This document shows positions 1-4,680 of a stretch of DNA of 4,772 nucleotides, one piece after another; within the stretch, counting starts at the first letter, position 1, and each line of letters opens with the position of its first letter. The position numbers and the translations under genes were made by a program. The notes beneath the pieces are model-generated. The model had not been told where the DNA came from. It saw nothing but the letters and a program-made list of their open reading frames with translations, and searched no databases. This stretch comes from a virus. Taxonomy: Duplodnaviria; Heunggongvirae; Uroviricota; Caudoviricetes. Where the stretch lies: IMG/VR virus record IMGVR_UViG_2645727810_000002; one strand, 5' to 3'.

Positions 1-80
1 TTTCCATATTCGAGAGATTTTGCCAACGCCGCGCACGGTTCTATCTTGTTGCCATTAATTTGGCATTTTGACTCACTCAC
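1..80 (-). CDS. Hypothetical protein, N-terminal fragment only (gene runs off the left edge of the window)
   Basis: GTG at 80..78 overlaps the stop of the upstream ORF (GTGA); SD-like GGAGG at 91..87, 6 nt upstream; frame stays open to position 1 (N-term [26 protein letters not shown]). Not in the supplied ORF track because it is truncated. No family recognised. Confidence 0.35.
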   Translation of the reverse strand, partial: MSESKCQINGNKIEPCAALAKSLEYG

Positions 81-244
81 TGGTTGCCTCCTTTGCGCCA
101 CATCGCATTCAGATATTTGTTTTGATTCACTGACGGAGAAGAATTTCTCTTAAGCAATTCCTCTCTCGATGGCATTGGCTTTACGCGTTGGCGAATAATC
201 ATTTCTGCCGGAAGAATGCCGGGATTGTATGCAAGCCCTCTCAT
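77..244 (-). CDS. Hypothetical small protein (55 aa)
   Basis: ATG at 244..242 preceded by SD-like AGAGGAA with ~8-nt spacing, 16 nt after the stop of the 104-aa ORF; stop TGA at 79..77. Hand translation [55 protein letters not shown]. Absent from the ORF track (short). No homology recognised. Confidence 0.35.
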   Translation of the reverse strand: MRGLAYNPGILPAEMIIRQRVKPMPSREELLKRNSSPSVNQNKYLNAMWRKGGNQ

Positions 245-260
245 GGTAAATTCCTCTTTG

Positions 261-575
261 TTAATTTATTTGTATGCCTGCTCTTTCTTCATCGAGTTTT
301 TTTAGCTTGTATCGCATAGCTCTTACTGAATAAATTGAGCGGCAGGTTGCAATTGCTATTTCTTCTGCGGAGAACTTACCGAAAAGTGATACTTCGGCTC
401 TTGTCCAGCGTCTTCCACGAAGTCGGCTAACAATGTCAGCGCCAATCCTTGTTGCTTTCGCCATTACTGCTTTTTCAGTCCTTTCCAGTTTTTCTGCGAT
501 AACTTCAACTGGCATTGTCGCCGCTACCTCGCGCAAGAAATCGACTTCCCATTTCTCCCATGGAGTCTTTTTCAT
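261..575 (-). CDS. Hypothetical phage protein with two tandem HTH-like modules (putative DNA-binding regulator)
   Basis: ORF-track 104-aa ORF with ATG start 11 nt after the stop of the upstream gene. Residues ~5-52 and ~55-102 align as an internal repeat (W...E.IA....R....V.A pattern). Family not recognised. Confidence 0.6.
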   Translation of the reverse strand: MKKTPWEKWEVDFLREVAATMPVEVIAEKLERTEKAVMAKATRIGADIVSRLRGRRWTRAEVSLFGKFSAEEIAIATCRSIYSVRAMRYKLKKLDEERAGIQIN

Positions 576-586
576 AGGCGATACCG

Positions 587-1069
587 TTATTTGATAAGAA
601 GTGAAGGTTTCCCAACTTTGAGTTGAGCACCGGGGATATTTATTCCTGCTTTTAGTTGGTGTTTGATTGCCAGTTTGTCGGCTTTAATTGTCGTTTCAAA
701 CTCAACGTATTCAGGAGGAAGGGCGCTTGAGTCGATTATTTCTACAATTTCTGACGGTTTGCGGATTGTTACCTGGTGAATACCTGCTCGAATCTTTTTC
801 TTGCCAACCATTTCAAGCGATGCCGCTATATACGCCATAATGCTGTCAATCTTATTTTGAATTACTGCGGCTCGCTCATTCAGCGACCTTGCCTCTTCCT
901 TGAGGCGTTCAGCATAACCAGATTCATTTTTAATAATGGCAAGAAGTTGCTCTATTTTATCGGCAAATTCTCCTTCCATGCCTTCTATTGTGTCAGCAAT
1001 CATCTCTGGTTCTAAATCTGAATCCATCAATTTTGCGTATTCATTGGCAATTTCATACAGTTTGCTCAC
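587..1069 (-). CDS. Gp157-family-like coiled-coil phage protein (recombination-associated; possible host-nuclease inhibitor)
   Basis: ORF-track 587..1075 uses a TTG at 1075 that abuts the SD GGAGG (1080..1076); GTG at 1069..1067 has correct 6-nt spacing, so start set to 1069. The 5' end overlaps the recT 3' end by 17 nt. Helical, charged N-terminal half and beta-rich C-terminal half, ~160 aa, adjacent to recT, as typical for Siphovirus Gp157 (PF05565) or Mu Gam-like proteins. Family call is from memory. Confidence 0.6.
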   Translation of the reverse strand: MSKLYEIANEYAKLMDSDLEPEMIADTIEGMEGEFADKIEQLLAIIKNESGYAERLKEEARSLNERAAVIQNKIDSIMAYIAASLEMVGKKKIRAGIHQVTIRKPSEIVEIIDSSALPPEYVEFETTIKADKLAIKHQLKAGINIPGAQLKVGKPSLLIK

Positions 1070-1964
1070 TGGCAACCTCCAGTTTCGCTTTGCATTCTAT
1101 GTAAATGGCTTGTACGTTCTGCTGCAATTTCATTCCAGATGTCAGGCGATATGCTTCTGCAAAATATCGCTTCAAATCATCCATGTTTTCTGCATGAGCC
1201 ATTTCATCGCAAAGAAGTTGTGCTTTATCCATTATTTCCTGCTGGCGTTTCCGTTCATCTTCGCGGATATCTTCCTCTGATTTGTGCGGCATAACTGGTT
1301 CAGTCCACACACCTTCTTCTTCGTTTAGTACGTGAATAGCACTATCAAGACGTGATGCCTTAGGCCAATACTTGCTTGCACGCTTTACGACCGTCTTTCG
1401 CGCCATCTCATTCCAGTGATTTACCCATGGTCCTTTATCGCTGAATGCTGCCTTGCTTGTTTTCCTTACAGCCTCAATTTCAGCCAGACTCATCTCTTCC
1501 GTTAGATAATCACCTGCTGGCGTCTTAACTGTGCAGTAAACACCAACAATATCACCACGATCACCGAAGGCGTTGTATTTATGGGTTGGTGCTTTATCAA
1601 GCCCGTTTGACTCATAGGTATCGTTAGCTTGAACAAGTTTTGCCTGACCCCATGAGATAACACCAGACTCCATTGCAATATGGAGCAATCCCATATAACT
1701 GATATCAAGGCACACCATGCCGTCGCGCGGAACCAGATAAGCCAGTTTGCTAGCCGGGTTTAAGGTGATACCGATCGCCGCAACATTGATGATGGCGTTC
1801 TGTGCGCTGGTTGGATTTGCCAGTGCTGTTTTAGCCAGGTAATCATTTTTCTGGAAATACTGAATTGCAAACTGGCTTTCCTTAGCCCATGTCACCGTCT
1901 GTTCAGTCAATGCTCCGCAGAATAACTGCTCTTGCTGTTTAACGAATTCAACGATATTGCTCAT
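1053..1964 (-). CDS. recT: RecT-family single-strand annealing protein (phage recombinase)
   Basis: 303-aa ORF. Segment GPWVNHWNEMARKTVVKRASKYWPK closely matches the conserved RecT motif (E. coli Rac RecT ...GPWVTHWEEMAKKTAIRRLFKYLP...). SD GGAG ~7 nt upstream of ATG 1964; start overlaps the upstream stop (ATGA). Confidence 0.9.
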   Translation of the reverse strand: MSNIVEFVKQQEQLFCGALTEQTVTWAKESQFAIQYFQKNDYLAKTALANPTSAQNAIINVAAIGITLNPASKLAYLVPRDGMVCLDISYMGLLHIAMESGVISWGQAKLVQANDTYESNGLDKAPTHKYNAFGDRGDIVGVYCTVKTPAGDYLTEEMSLAEIEAVRKTSKAAFSDKGPWVNHWNEMARKTVVKRASKYWPKASRLDSAIHVLNEEEGVWTEPVMPHKSEEDIREDERKRQQEIMDKAQLLCDEMAHAENMDDLKRYFAEAYRLTSGMKLQQNVQAIYIECKAKLEVASEQTV

Positions 1965-2272
1965 GCTGCTTCTCCATAAACGTGTCTGCGTTTGAATATT
2001 GCGAAGGCATATTCAGCCTTAACTCTTTCGGTTATTGCATCCCAGAACCATTCAGCGGCTTTTTCCTGATAGTTACAGTCATAATCTTCCAGCCAGTCGA
2101 TAGCGTCCTTAGTGTGTTCATCTGGTTTATATGAGCGAAGCATTTCGCTTATTGGGTCGCAACGTTTGCAGAGGCGATCAACTTCACTGTTGATTCGTTC
2201 GTAATCTTCATCAGTAAAACTTGCGATTATTTGCGATATTTCACGCTCATCTTTCAGAGTCAGAATCATCAT
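1961..2272 (-). CDS. Hypothetical small acidic protein (103 aa) translationally coupled to recT
   Basis: ATG-ATG at 2272..2267 with SD AGGAG (2281..2277), 4 nt before the first ATG; stop overlaps the recT start. About 24 D/E versus about 15 K/R; contains a CKRC motif plus one more Cys. No family recognised. Confidence 0.65.
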   Translation of the reverse strand: MMILTLKDEREISQIIASFTDEDYERINSEVDRLCKRCDPISEMLRSYKPDEHTKDAIDWLEDYDCNYQEKAAEWFWDAITERVKAEYAFAIFKRRHVYGEAA

Positions 2273-2357
2273 CTTTCTCCTGTTCTTTGTGCTGATTGAG
2301 CATTTCTTTCATCTGAAGAATGAATTCTTCGTCTGACCAGTTATCTGTAAAACTCAT
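2247..2357 (-). CDS. Possible small ORF (36 aa) overlapping the cIII stop and the start of the 103-aa gene
   Basis: ATG at 2357..2355 overlaps the cIII-like stop (ATGA); weak SD-like AAGG ~6 nt upstream; hand translation MSFTDNWSDEEFILQMKEMLNQHKEQEKDDDSDSER; stop at 2249..2247. It overlaps the next gene by 26 nt in another frame, so may be spurious. Confidence 0.2.
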   Translation of the reverse strand: MSFTDNWSDEEFILQMKEMLNQHKEQEKDDDSDSER

Positions 2358-2524
2358 GGACGGCCTTGTTGTTTCAAAATATCCCAAAGCTTTTCGAGCA
2401 AACTTTTCATTCTTGGTTGTTTAAAGTCTGCTCCGGTTAAAATATTTTTTCGTGAATGCTGTACCGATAAAATCGGGTTGAAAGGGCGAACCGATGCCGC
2501 CCCTGCAATAGCGAACTGTTGCAT
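2354..2524 (-). CDS. cIII: CIII-like protein (putative FtsH/HflB protease inhibitor stabilising CII)
   Basis: ORF-track 2354..2629 has an implausible N-terminal extension. The internal ATG at 2524..2522 has SD AAGGAG with 6-nt spacing, giving 56 aa MQQFAIAGAASVRPFNPILSVQHSRKNILTGADFKQPRMKSLLEKLWDILKQQGRP. The MQ.AIAG start, the SLLE-containing segment and the size resemble lambda CIII as I recall it. Position in the leftward operon matches lambda cIII. Confidence 0.55.
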   Translation of the reverse strand: MQQFAIAGAASVRPFNPILSVQHSRKNILTGADFKQPRMKSLLEKLWDILKQQGRP

Positions 2525-2595
2525 AGGATGCTCCTTCTGTTTGATTGCATAACGAAAACGCCTCGAGTGAAGCGTTATTGGTATGCATATAAAAA

Positions 2596-2615
2596 GGCCC
2601 TCACACTGGAGGGCA
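2596..2615 (-). terminator. Candidate rho-independent terminator inside the leftward operon (tL1-like position)
   Basis: On the minus strand: GCCCTC-CAGTGT-GAGGGC (6-bp GC-rich stem, 6-nt loop) followed by CTTTTTATAT. Sits in the 220-bp gap between the 51-aa ORF and the cIII-like gene. Confidence 0.45.
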
Positions 2616-2676
2616 AAGAAGATTTCCAATAATCAGAACAAGTCGGCTCCTGTTTAGTTACGAGCGACATTGCTCC

Positions 2677-2704
2677 GTGTATTCACTCGTTGGAATGAAT
2701 ACAC
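2677..2704. repeat. Perfect 9-bp inverted repeat with 10-nt spacer (GTGTATTCA-N10-TGAATACAC)
   Basis: Read directly from the sequence; intergenic, upstream of the terminator hairpin in the direction of leftward transcription. No flanking T-tract, so not a canonical terminator; a protein-binding site or RNA stem-loop is possible. Confidence 0.5.
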
Positions 2705-2743
2705 AGTGCTTATTCGTCATGCATTTCAGGTATTTCTTCGTAT

Positions 2744-2899
2744 TCAACACCCCACATGTTTGTTACCCAGGATAGTTTTTTCGTACCGTTGACAAGATTC
2801 AGACCACATAAACTGACTTCCATGCGGGCGAGTTTCGATATCTGTTATCTCTCCCGGCCGAACAAAACTGGTATTCGACTTCGTTATTTTTACTTTCAT
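2744..2899 (-). CDS. Hypothetical small protein (51 aa), translationally coupled to the upstream 83-aa gene
   Basis: ATG at 2899..2897 overlaps the upstream stop (TAATG); stop TGA at 2746..2744. Hand translation MKVKITKSNTSFVRPGEITDIETRPHGSQFMWSESCQRYEKTILGNKHVGC. Not in the ORF track (short). An antisense plus-strand ORF (2756..2959) covers the same DNA and is judged the shadow. Confidence 0.35.
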   Translation of the reverse strand: MKVKITKSNTSFVRPGEITDIETRPHGSQFMWSESCQRYEKTILGNKHVGC

Positions 2900-3150
2900 T
2901 ACTCATCCCCAAGAGCTTTGCTGATTGCTGACTGTGCTTTCGATACTTCATCAGGATAATGGTCATTCCAGCTTTGCTTGTATGCCTTGTTTAGCATCGC
3001 TTGCAGAGCTTCAAGCAAATCAGGAGCTGCCTCCATCAATCTCAAATCACCACGATGTATGGTTGTATCGTCAAACGTGACATAAACACCATCATCGTTG
3101 AATCCAGTGCCAACAACACTCCACGGCCTTTTCATTCTTTCTACGGTCAT
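2899..3150 (-). CDS. Hypothetical protein (83 aa), first gene of the leftward early operon (occupies the position of lambda N but is not N-like)
   Basis: ORF-track 2899..3156 begins at a GTG that is part of the SD (GAGG 3159..3156); ATG at 3150..3148 has 5-nt spacing. Protein MTVERMKRPWSVVGTGFNDDGVYVTFDD... is net acidic with no arginine-rich motif. No family recognised. Confidence 0.6.
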   Translation of the reverse strand: MTVERMKRPWSVVGTGFNDDGVYVTFDDTTIHRGDLRLMEAAPDLLEALQAMLNKAYKQSWNDHYPDEVSKAQSAISKALGDE

Positions 3151-3322
3151 ATTCACCTCTGTTGTTTATGCCAAAAATATCTTTTTCTATATCAAAAAGC
3201 TGCTTTGCTTTTTGTGACTAAAAGCAAAAAAGCCTTCTCGCTAATGAGCAGCATTGCCGTTCATCCTGAACCCGCCGCGCTCCCGACGCATGGTTTAATG
3301 TCGCGCCGTTCGACATGGCTTA

Positions 3323-3351
3323 ACTATATTCAAAGCTATTATTGCTGTAAA
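3323..3351 (-). promoter_or_regulatory. Candidate pL-like early-left promoter
   Basis: Minus strand: -35 TTTACA (3351..3346), 17-nt spacer, -10 TATAGT (3328..3323); predicted start near 3316, giving a ~165-nt leader before the ATG at 3150. Overlaps operator-like motifs. Confidence 0.45.
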
Positions 3352-3364
3352 TAGCTATAGTTAT
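3326..3364. promoter_or_regulatory. Candidate OL operator sites (two copies/variants of the ATAGCT-NN-AGCTAT motif)
   Basis: 3351-3364 ATAGCTATAGTTAT (one mismatch to the palindrome consensus) and 3326-3339, which reads ATAGCTTTGAATAT on the minus strand (good left half, degenerate right half); centres ~25 bp apart; they overlap the candidate pL -35 and -10. Additional AT-rich palindromes nearby (AGTTAT-AAA-ATAACT at 3359-3373; AATAAC-N7-GTTATT at 3367-3385). Confidence 0.4.
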
Positions 3365-3443
3365 AAAATAACTCCTTTGGTTATTTAGTCATTGATATCT
3401 AATGTAATTTATTTTTCTTGTATGTGAGATTTGGTGTTTTTTG

Positions 3444-3476
3444 GGCAATAAAAAACCCGCAAAAAGCGGGTTTGTT
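3444..3476 (-). terminator. Rho-independent terminator immediately downstream of cI (hairpin is bidirectional, strongest for the minus-strand transcript)
   Basis: Stem AACCCGC / GCGGGTT with AAAAA loop (3454-3472). On the minus strand the hairpin is followed by TTTTTTATT; on the plus strand by TTTGTTG. Lies ~15 nt after the cI stop. Confidence 0.75.
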
Positions 3477-3490
3477 GTGGTGTGATGAGG

Positions 3491-4222
3491 TTAGTAGTCA
3501 ACTACAGACCACCAGAAGATTCTTCCGATGATCTCGATATCGCTTAGATTCTTTTCTTCTTGTGGGTATTCCAGTGAGTTAAAGCTTCTAATGCTTACCT
3601 TGTCAGGCCCTGATCGAAAGAGAATCTTAATGCGTTTCCAACCGTTCTCGTTAATGGCGTAAATCTTTCCGTCAACTATTTTCTTATCGTTGGTGTTAAC
3701 AGCAACTGTTGTTCCATCAGGAATGTTTGGCTCCATGCTGTTGCCACGAGCCGGAAAACAAACAACCCCGCTTCCATCACTGTTCGCGCCAACTCTGCGA
3801 AGGGTTGATTTGGAGAAGCGCAACATAAAGCCGTTGTGATCTTCATCAATCACCCGACCATCCCCGCATGCAAACTCAATATCTTTAAGGTAAGGAACTT
3901 CAACTTCATCACCTCTTAAAGGCGTTCCTCCATCCCATGGGTCCAAATATCCCCACGTGCTTTCATGAGGAATAGAAGATTTTGGATTATAAGGTTCAAC
4001 TCCCTCATCACGCATTGGCCCAGTCCCATCGGAAAGCCATTCCGTACGAACTCCAAGCACTTTTGATATTTCAAAAAGTTTGCGCGTATTGCGTGTTTTT
4101 CCAGACGTAAGTTTCCAGACGCTTGGCTGAGACATGCCAACAGCATTGCCAAGAGAAGCCTGAGTAAACCCAGCCTGATCCATCGCGTATGTAAGCCTTT
4201 GAGAAAAAGTATCTAGTTTCAT
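3491..4222 (-). CDS. cI: CI-like phage repressor (N-terminal HTH DNA-binding domain plus C-terminal LexA/S24-type autopeptidase domain)
   Basis: 243-aa ORF. HTH-like segment QASLGNAVGMSQPSVWKL; S24 signature G-N-S-M (putative nucleophile Ser162) and W-K-R-I-K ~35 residues later (putative general base Lys196), matching the LexA/CI/UmuD Ser-Lys dyad spacing. Divergent from a cro-like gene across an operator-rich intergenic region. Confidence 0.9.
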   Translation of the reverse strand: MKLDTFSQRLTYAMDQAGFTQASLGNAVGMSQPSVWKLTSGKTRNTRKLFEISKVLGVRTEWLSDGTGPMRDEGVEPYNPKSSIPHESTWGYLDPWDGGTPLRGDEVEVPYLKDIEFACGDGRVIDEDHNGFMLRFSKSTLRRVGANSDGSGVVCFPARGNSMEPNIPDGTTVAVNTNDKKIVDGKIYAINENGWKRIKILFRSGPDKVSIRSFNSLEYPQEEKNLSDIEIIGRIFWWSVVDY

Positions 4223-4228
4223 TCGTAC

Positions 4229-4257
4229 AACCTATAGCTACAGCTATTATTAGTCAA
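4229..4257 (-). promoter_or_regulatory. Candidate pRM-like promoter giving a leaderless cI transcript
   Basis: Minus strand: -35 TTGACT (4257..4252), 17-nt spacer, -10 TAGGTT (4234..4229); the cI ATG (4222) lies ~6-7 nt downstream of the -10, and there is no SD. Same arrangement as lambda pRM/cI. Confidence 0.45.
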
Positions 4258-4296
4258 ATACCTAAAGCTATTTACTTTCTGAATAGCTTTGGCTAT
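4234..4296. promoter_or_regulatory. Tripartite operator (OR-like): three 14-bp inverted repeats, consensus ATAGCT-NN-AGCTAT
   Basis: Site at 4234-4247 ATAGCTACAGCTAT (perfect 6+2+6 inverted repeat), 4258-4271 ATACCTAAAGCTAT (1 mismatch), 4283-4296 ATAGCTTTGGCTAT (1 mismatch); centres 24 and 25 bp apart, between divergent cI and cro. Confidence 0.6.
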
Positions 4297-4299
4297 TAT
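4271..4299 (+). promoter_or_regulatory. Candidate pR-like promoter for cro
   Basis: -35 TTTACT (4271-4276), 17-nt spacer, -10 TATTAT (4294-4299). The third operator overlaps the -10/spacer and the second overlaps the -35. The cro SD AGGAG (4318-4322) is followed by ATG 4331. Confidence 0.5.
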
Positions 4300-4330
4300 T
4301 CTGATTGTGAATTCAGCAGGAGTTATTTTT

Positions 4331-4561
4331 ATGGTCAACGAGGCTATTAAAGCGGCTATTGACTCAGTAGGAAGTCAGCAAAAGTTAGCTAATGCCTGCG
4401 GTGTTAAGCAGCCGTCTGTATGGGCTTGGTTGCATGGGAAGAAAAGGGTATCCGCTGAAAATGCCAAGCGCATTGAAATGGCTACCAATGGAAGCGTCCC
4501 TGCATACCTGATTCGCCCTGATTTATCCGCTTTGTTCCCCAATCCGAACAAAGCAGCTTAA
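4331..4561 (+). CDS. cro: Cro-like / YdaS-family HTH transcriptional regulator (76 aa)
   Basis: ORF-track 4289..4561 starts at a TTG inside the operator region; ATG 4331 with SD AGGAG 8 nt upstream is the likely start. HTH-like QQKLANACGVKQPSVWAWLHGKKRVSAENAKRIE; small size; divergent from cI. Confidence 0.8.
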   Translation: MVNEAIKAAIDSVGSQQKLANACGVKQPSVWAWLHGKKRVSAENAKRIEMATNGSVPAYLIRPDLSALFPNPNKAA

Positions 4562-4574
4562 TAAAGCAAATTTT

Positions 4575-4626
4575 TATACCGAACGGCCCGGTATACGGTC
4601 GGGTGCCCGGCGTGGTCATGGATGAC
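4575..4626 (+). promoter_or_regulatory. Stem-loop and palindrome cluster just downstream of cro (candidate nutR/tR1-like or protein-binding element)
   Basis: TATACCG-AACGGCC-CGGTATA (7-bp stem, 4575-4595) followed by a GC-rich stretch and the palindrome GTCAT-GG-ATGAC (4615-4626). No adjacent T-tract, so not a canonical intrinsic terminator. Confidence 0.35.
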
Positions 4627-4680
4627 TGTCAATGGTGCACAATAAAAAACCAAATTATTTACCTATGGAAATAGTAAGAA

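Noticed and set aside
1070-1075. TTG start at 1075 for the Gp157-like ORF
   Set aside because: The SD GGAGG directly abuts this TTG (zero spacing); GTG at 1069 gives proper spacing.
776-1280. Plus-strand ORFs 776..1015 (79 aa) and 936..1280 (114 aa)
   Set aside because: They lie antisense to the Gp157-like and recT genes; the translations are low-complexity and F/L/I/S/C-rich, typical of shadow frames, and no SD was seen.
1502-1708. Minus-strand ORF 1502..1708 (68 aa)
   Set aside because: Embedded in a different frame within recT, whose identity is well supported; almost certainly spurious.
2525-2629. N-terminal extension of ORF 2354..2629 (MEIFFALQCEGLFICIPITLHSRRF...)
   Set aside because: It would span the terminator hairpin and has no SD, while the internal ATG at 2524 has a near-consensus SD; the extension is treated as non-coding.
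2756-2959. Plus-strand ORF 2756..2959 (67 aa)
   Set aside because: Antisense to the coupled 51-aa and 83-aa minus-strand genes, with no upstream promoter or SD evident.
3157-3230. AT-rich hairpins (about 3182-3200 and 3203-3224) as intrinsic terminators
   Set aside because: Stems are almost entirely A-T and the T-tract is separated from the stem by several nucleotides, so they are unlikely to terminate efficiently; kept only as part of the structured-leader finding.
3200-3300. Arginine-rich micro-ORFs in the pL leader (e.g. MRRERGGFRMNGNAAH, 16 aa) as a possible mini N-like peptide
   Set aside because: Too short, no properly spaced SD, and the arginines derive from the GC-rich island; more simply explained as non-coding structured RNA.
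3001-3354. Plus-strand ORF 3001..3354 (117 aa)
   Set aside because: It overlaps the 83-aa gene antisense and runs through the pL leader and operator region; Cys/His/Tyr-rich, odd composition; no SD.
3916-4152. Minus-strand ORF 3916..4152 (78 aa)
   Set aside because: Alternate frame inside the cI repressor gene; shadow ORF.
4289-4330. TTG start at 4289 for the cro-like ORF
   Set aside because: It would start inside the operator and -10 region with no SD; ATG 4331 with AGGAG 8 nt upstream is a far better start.
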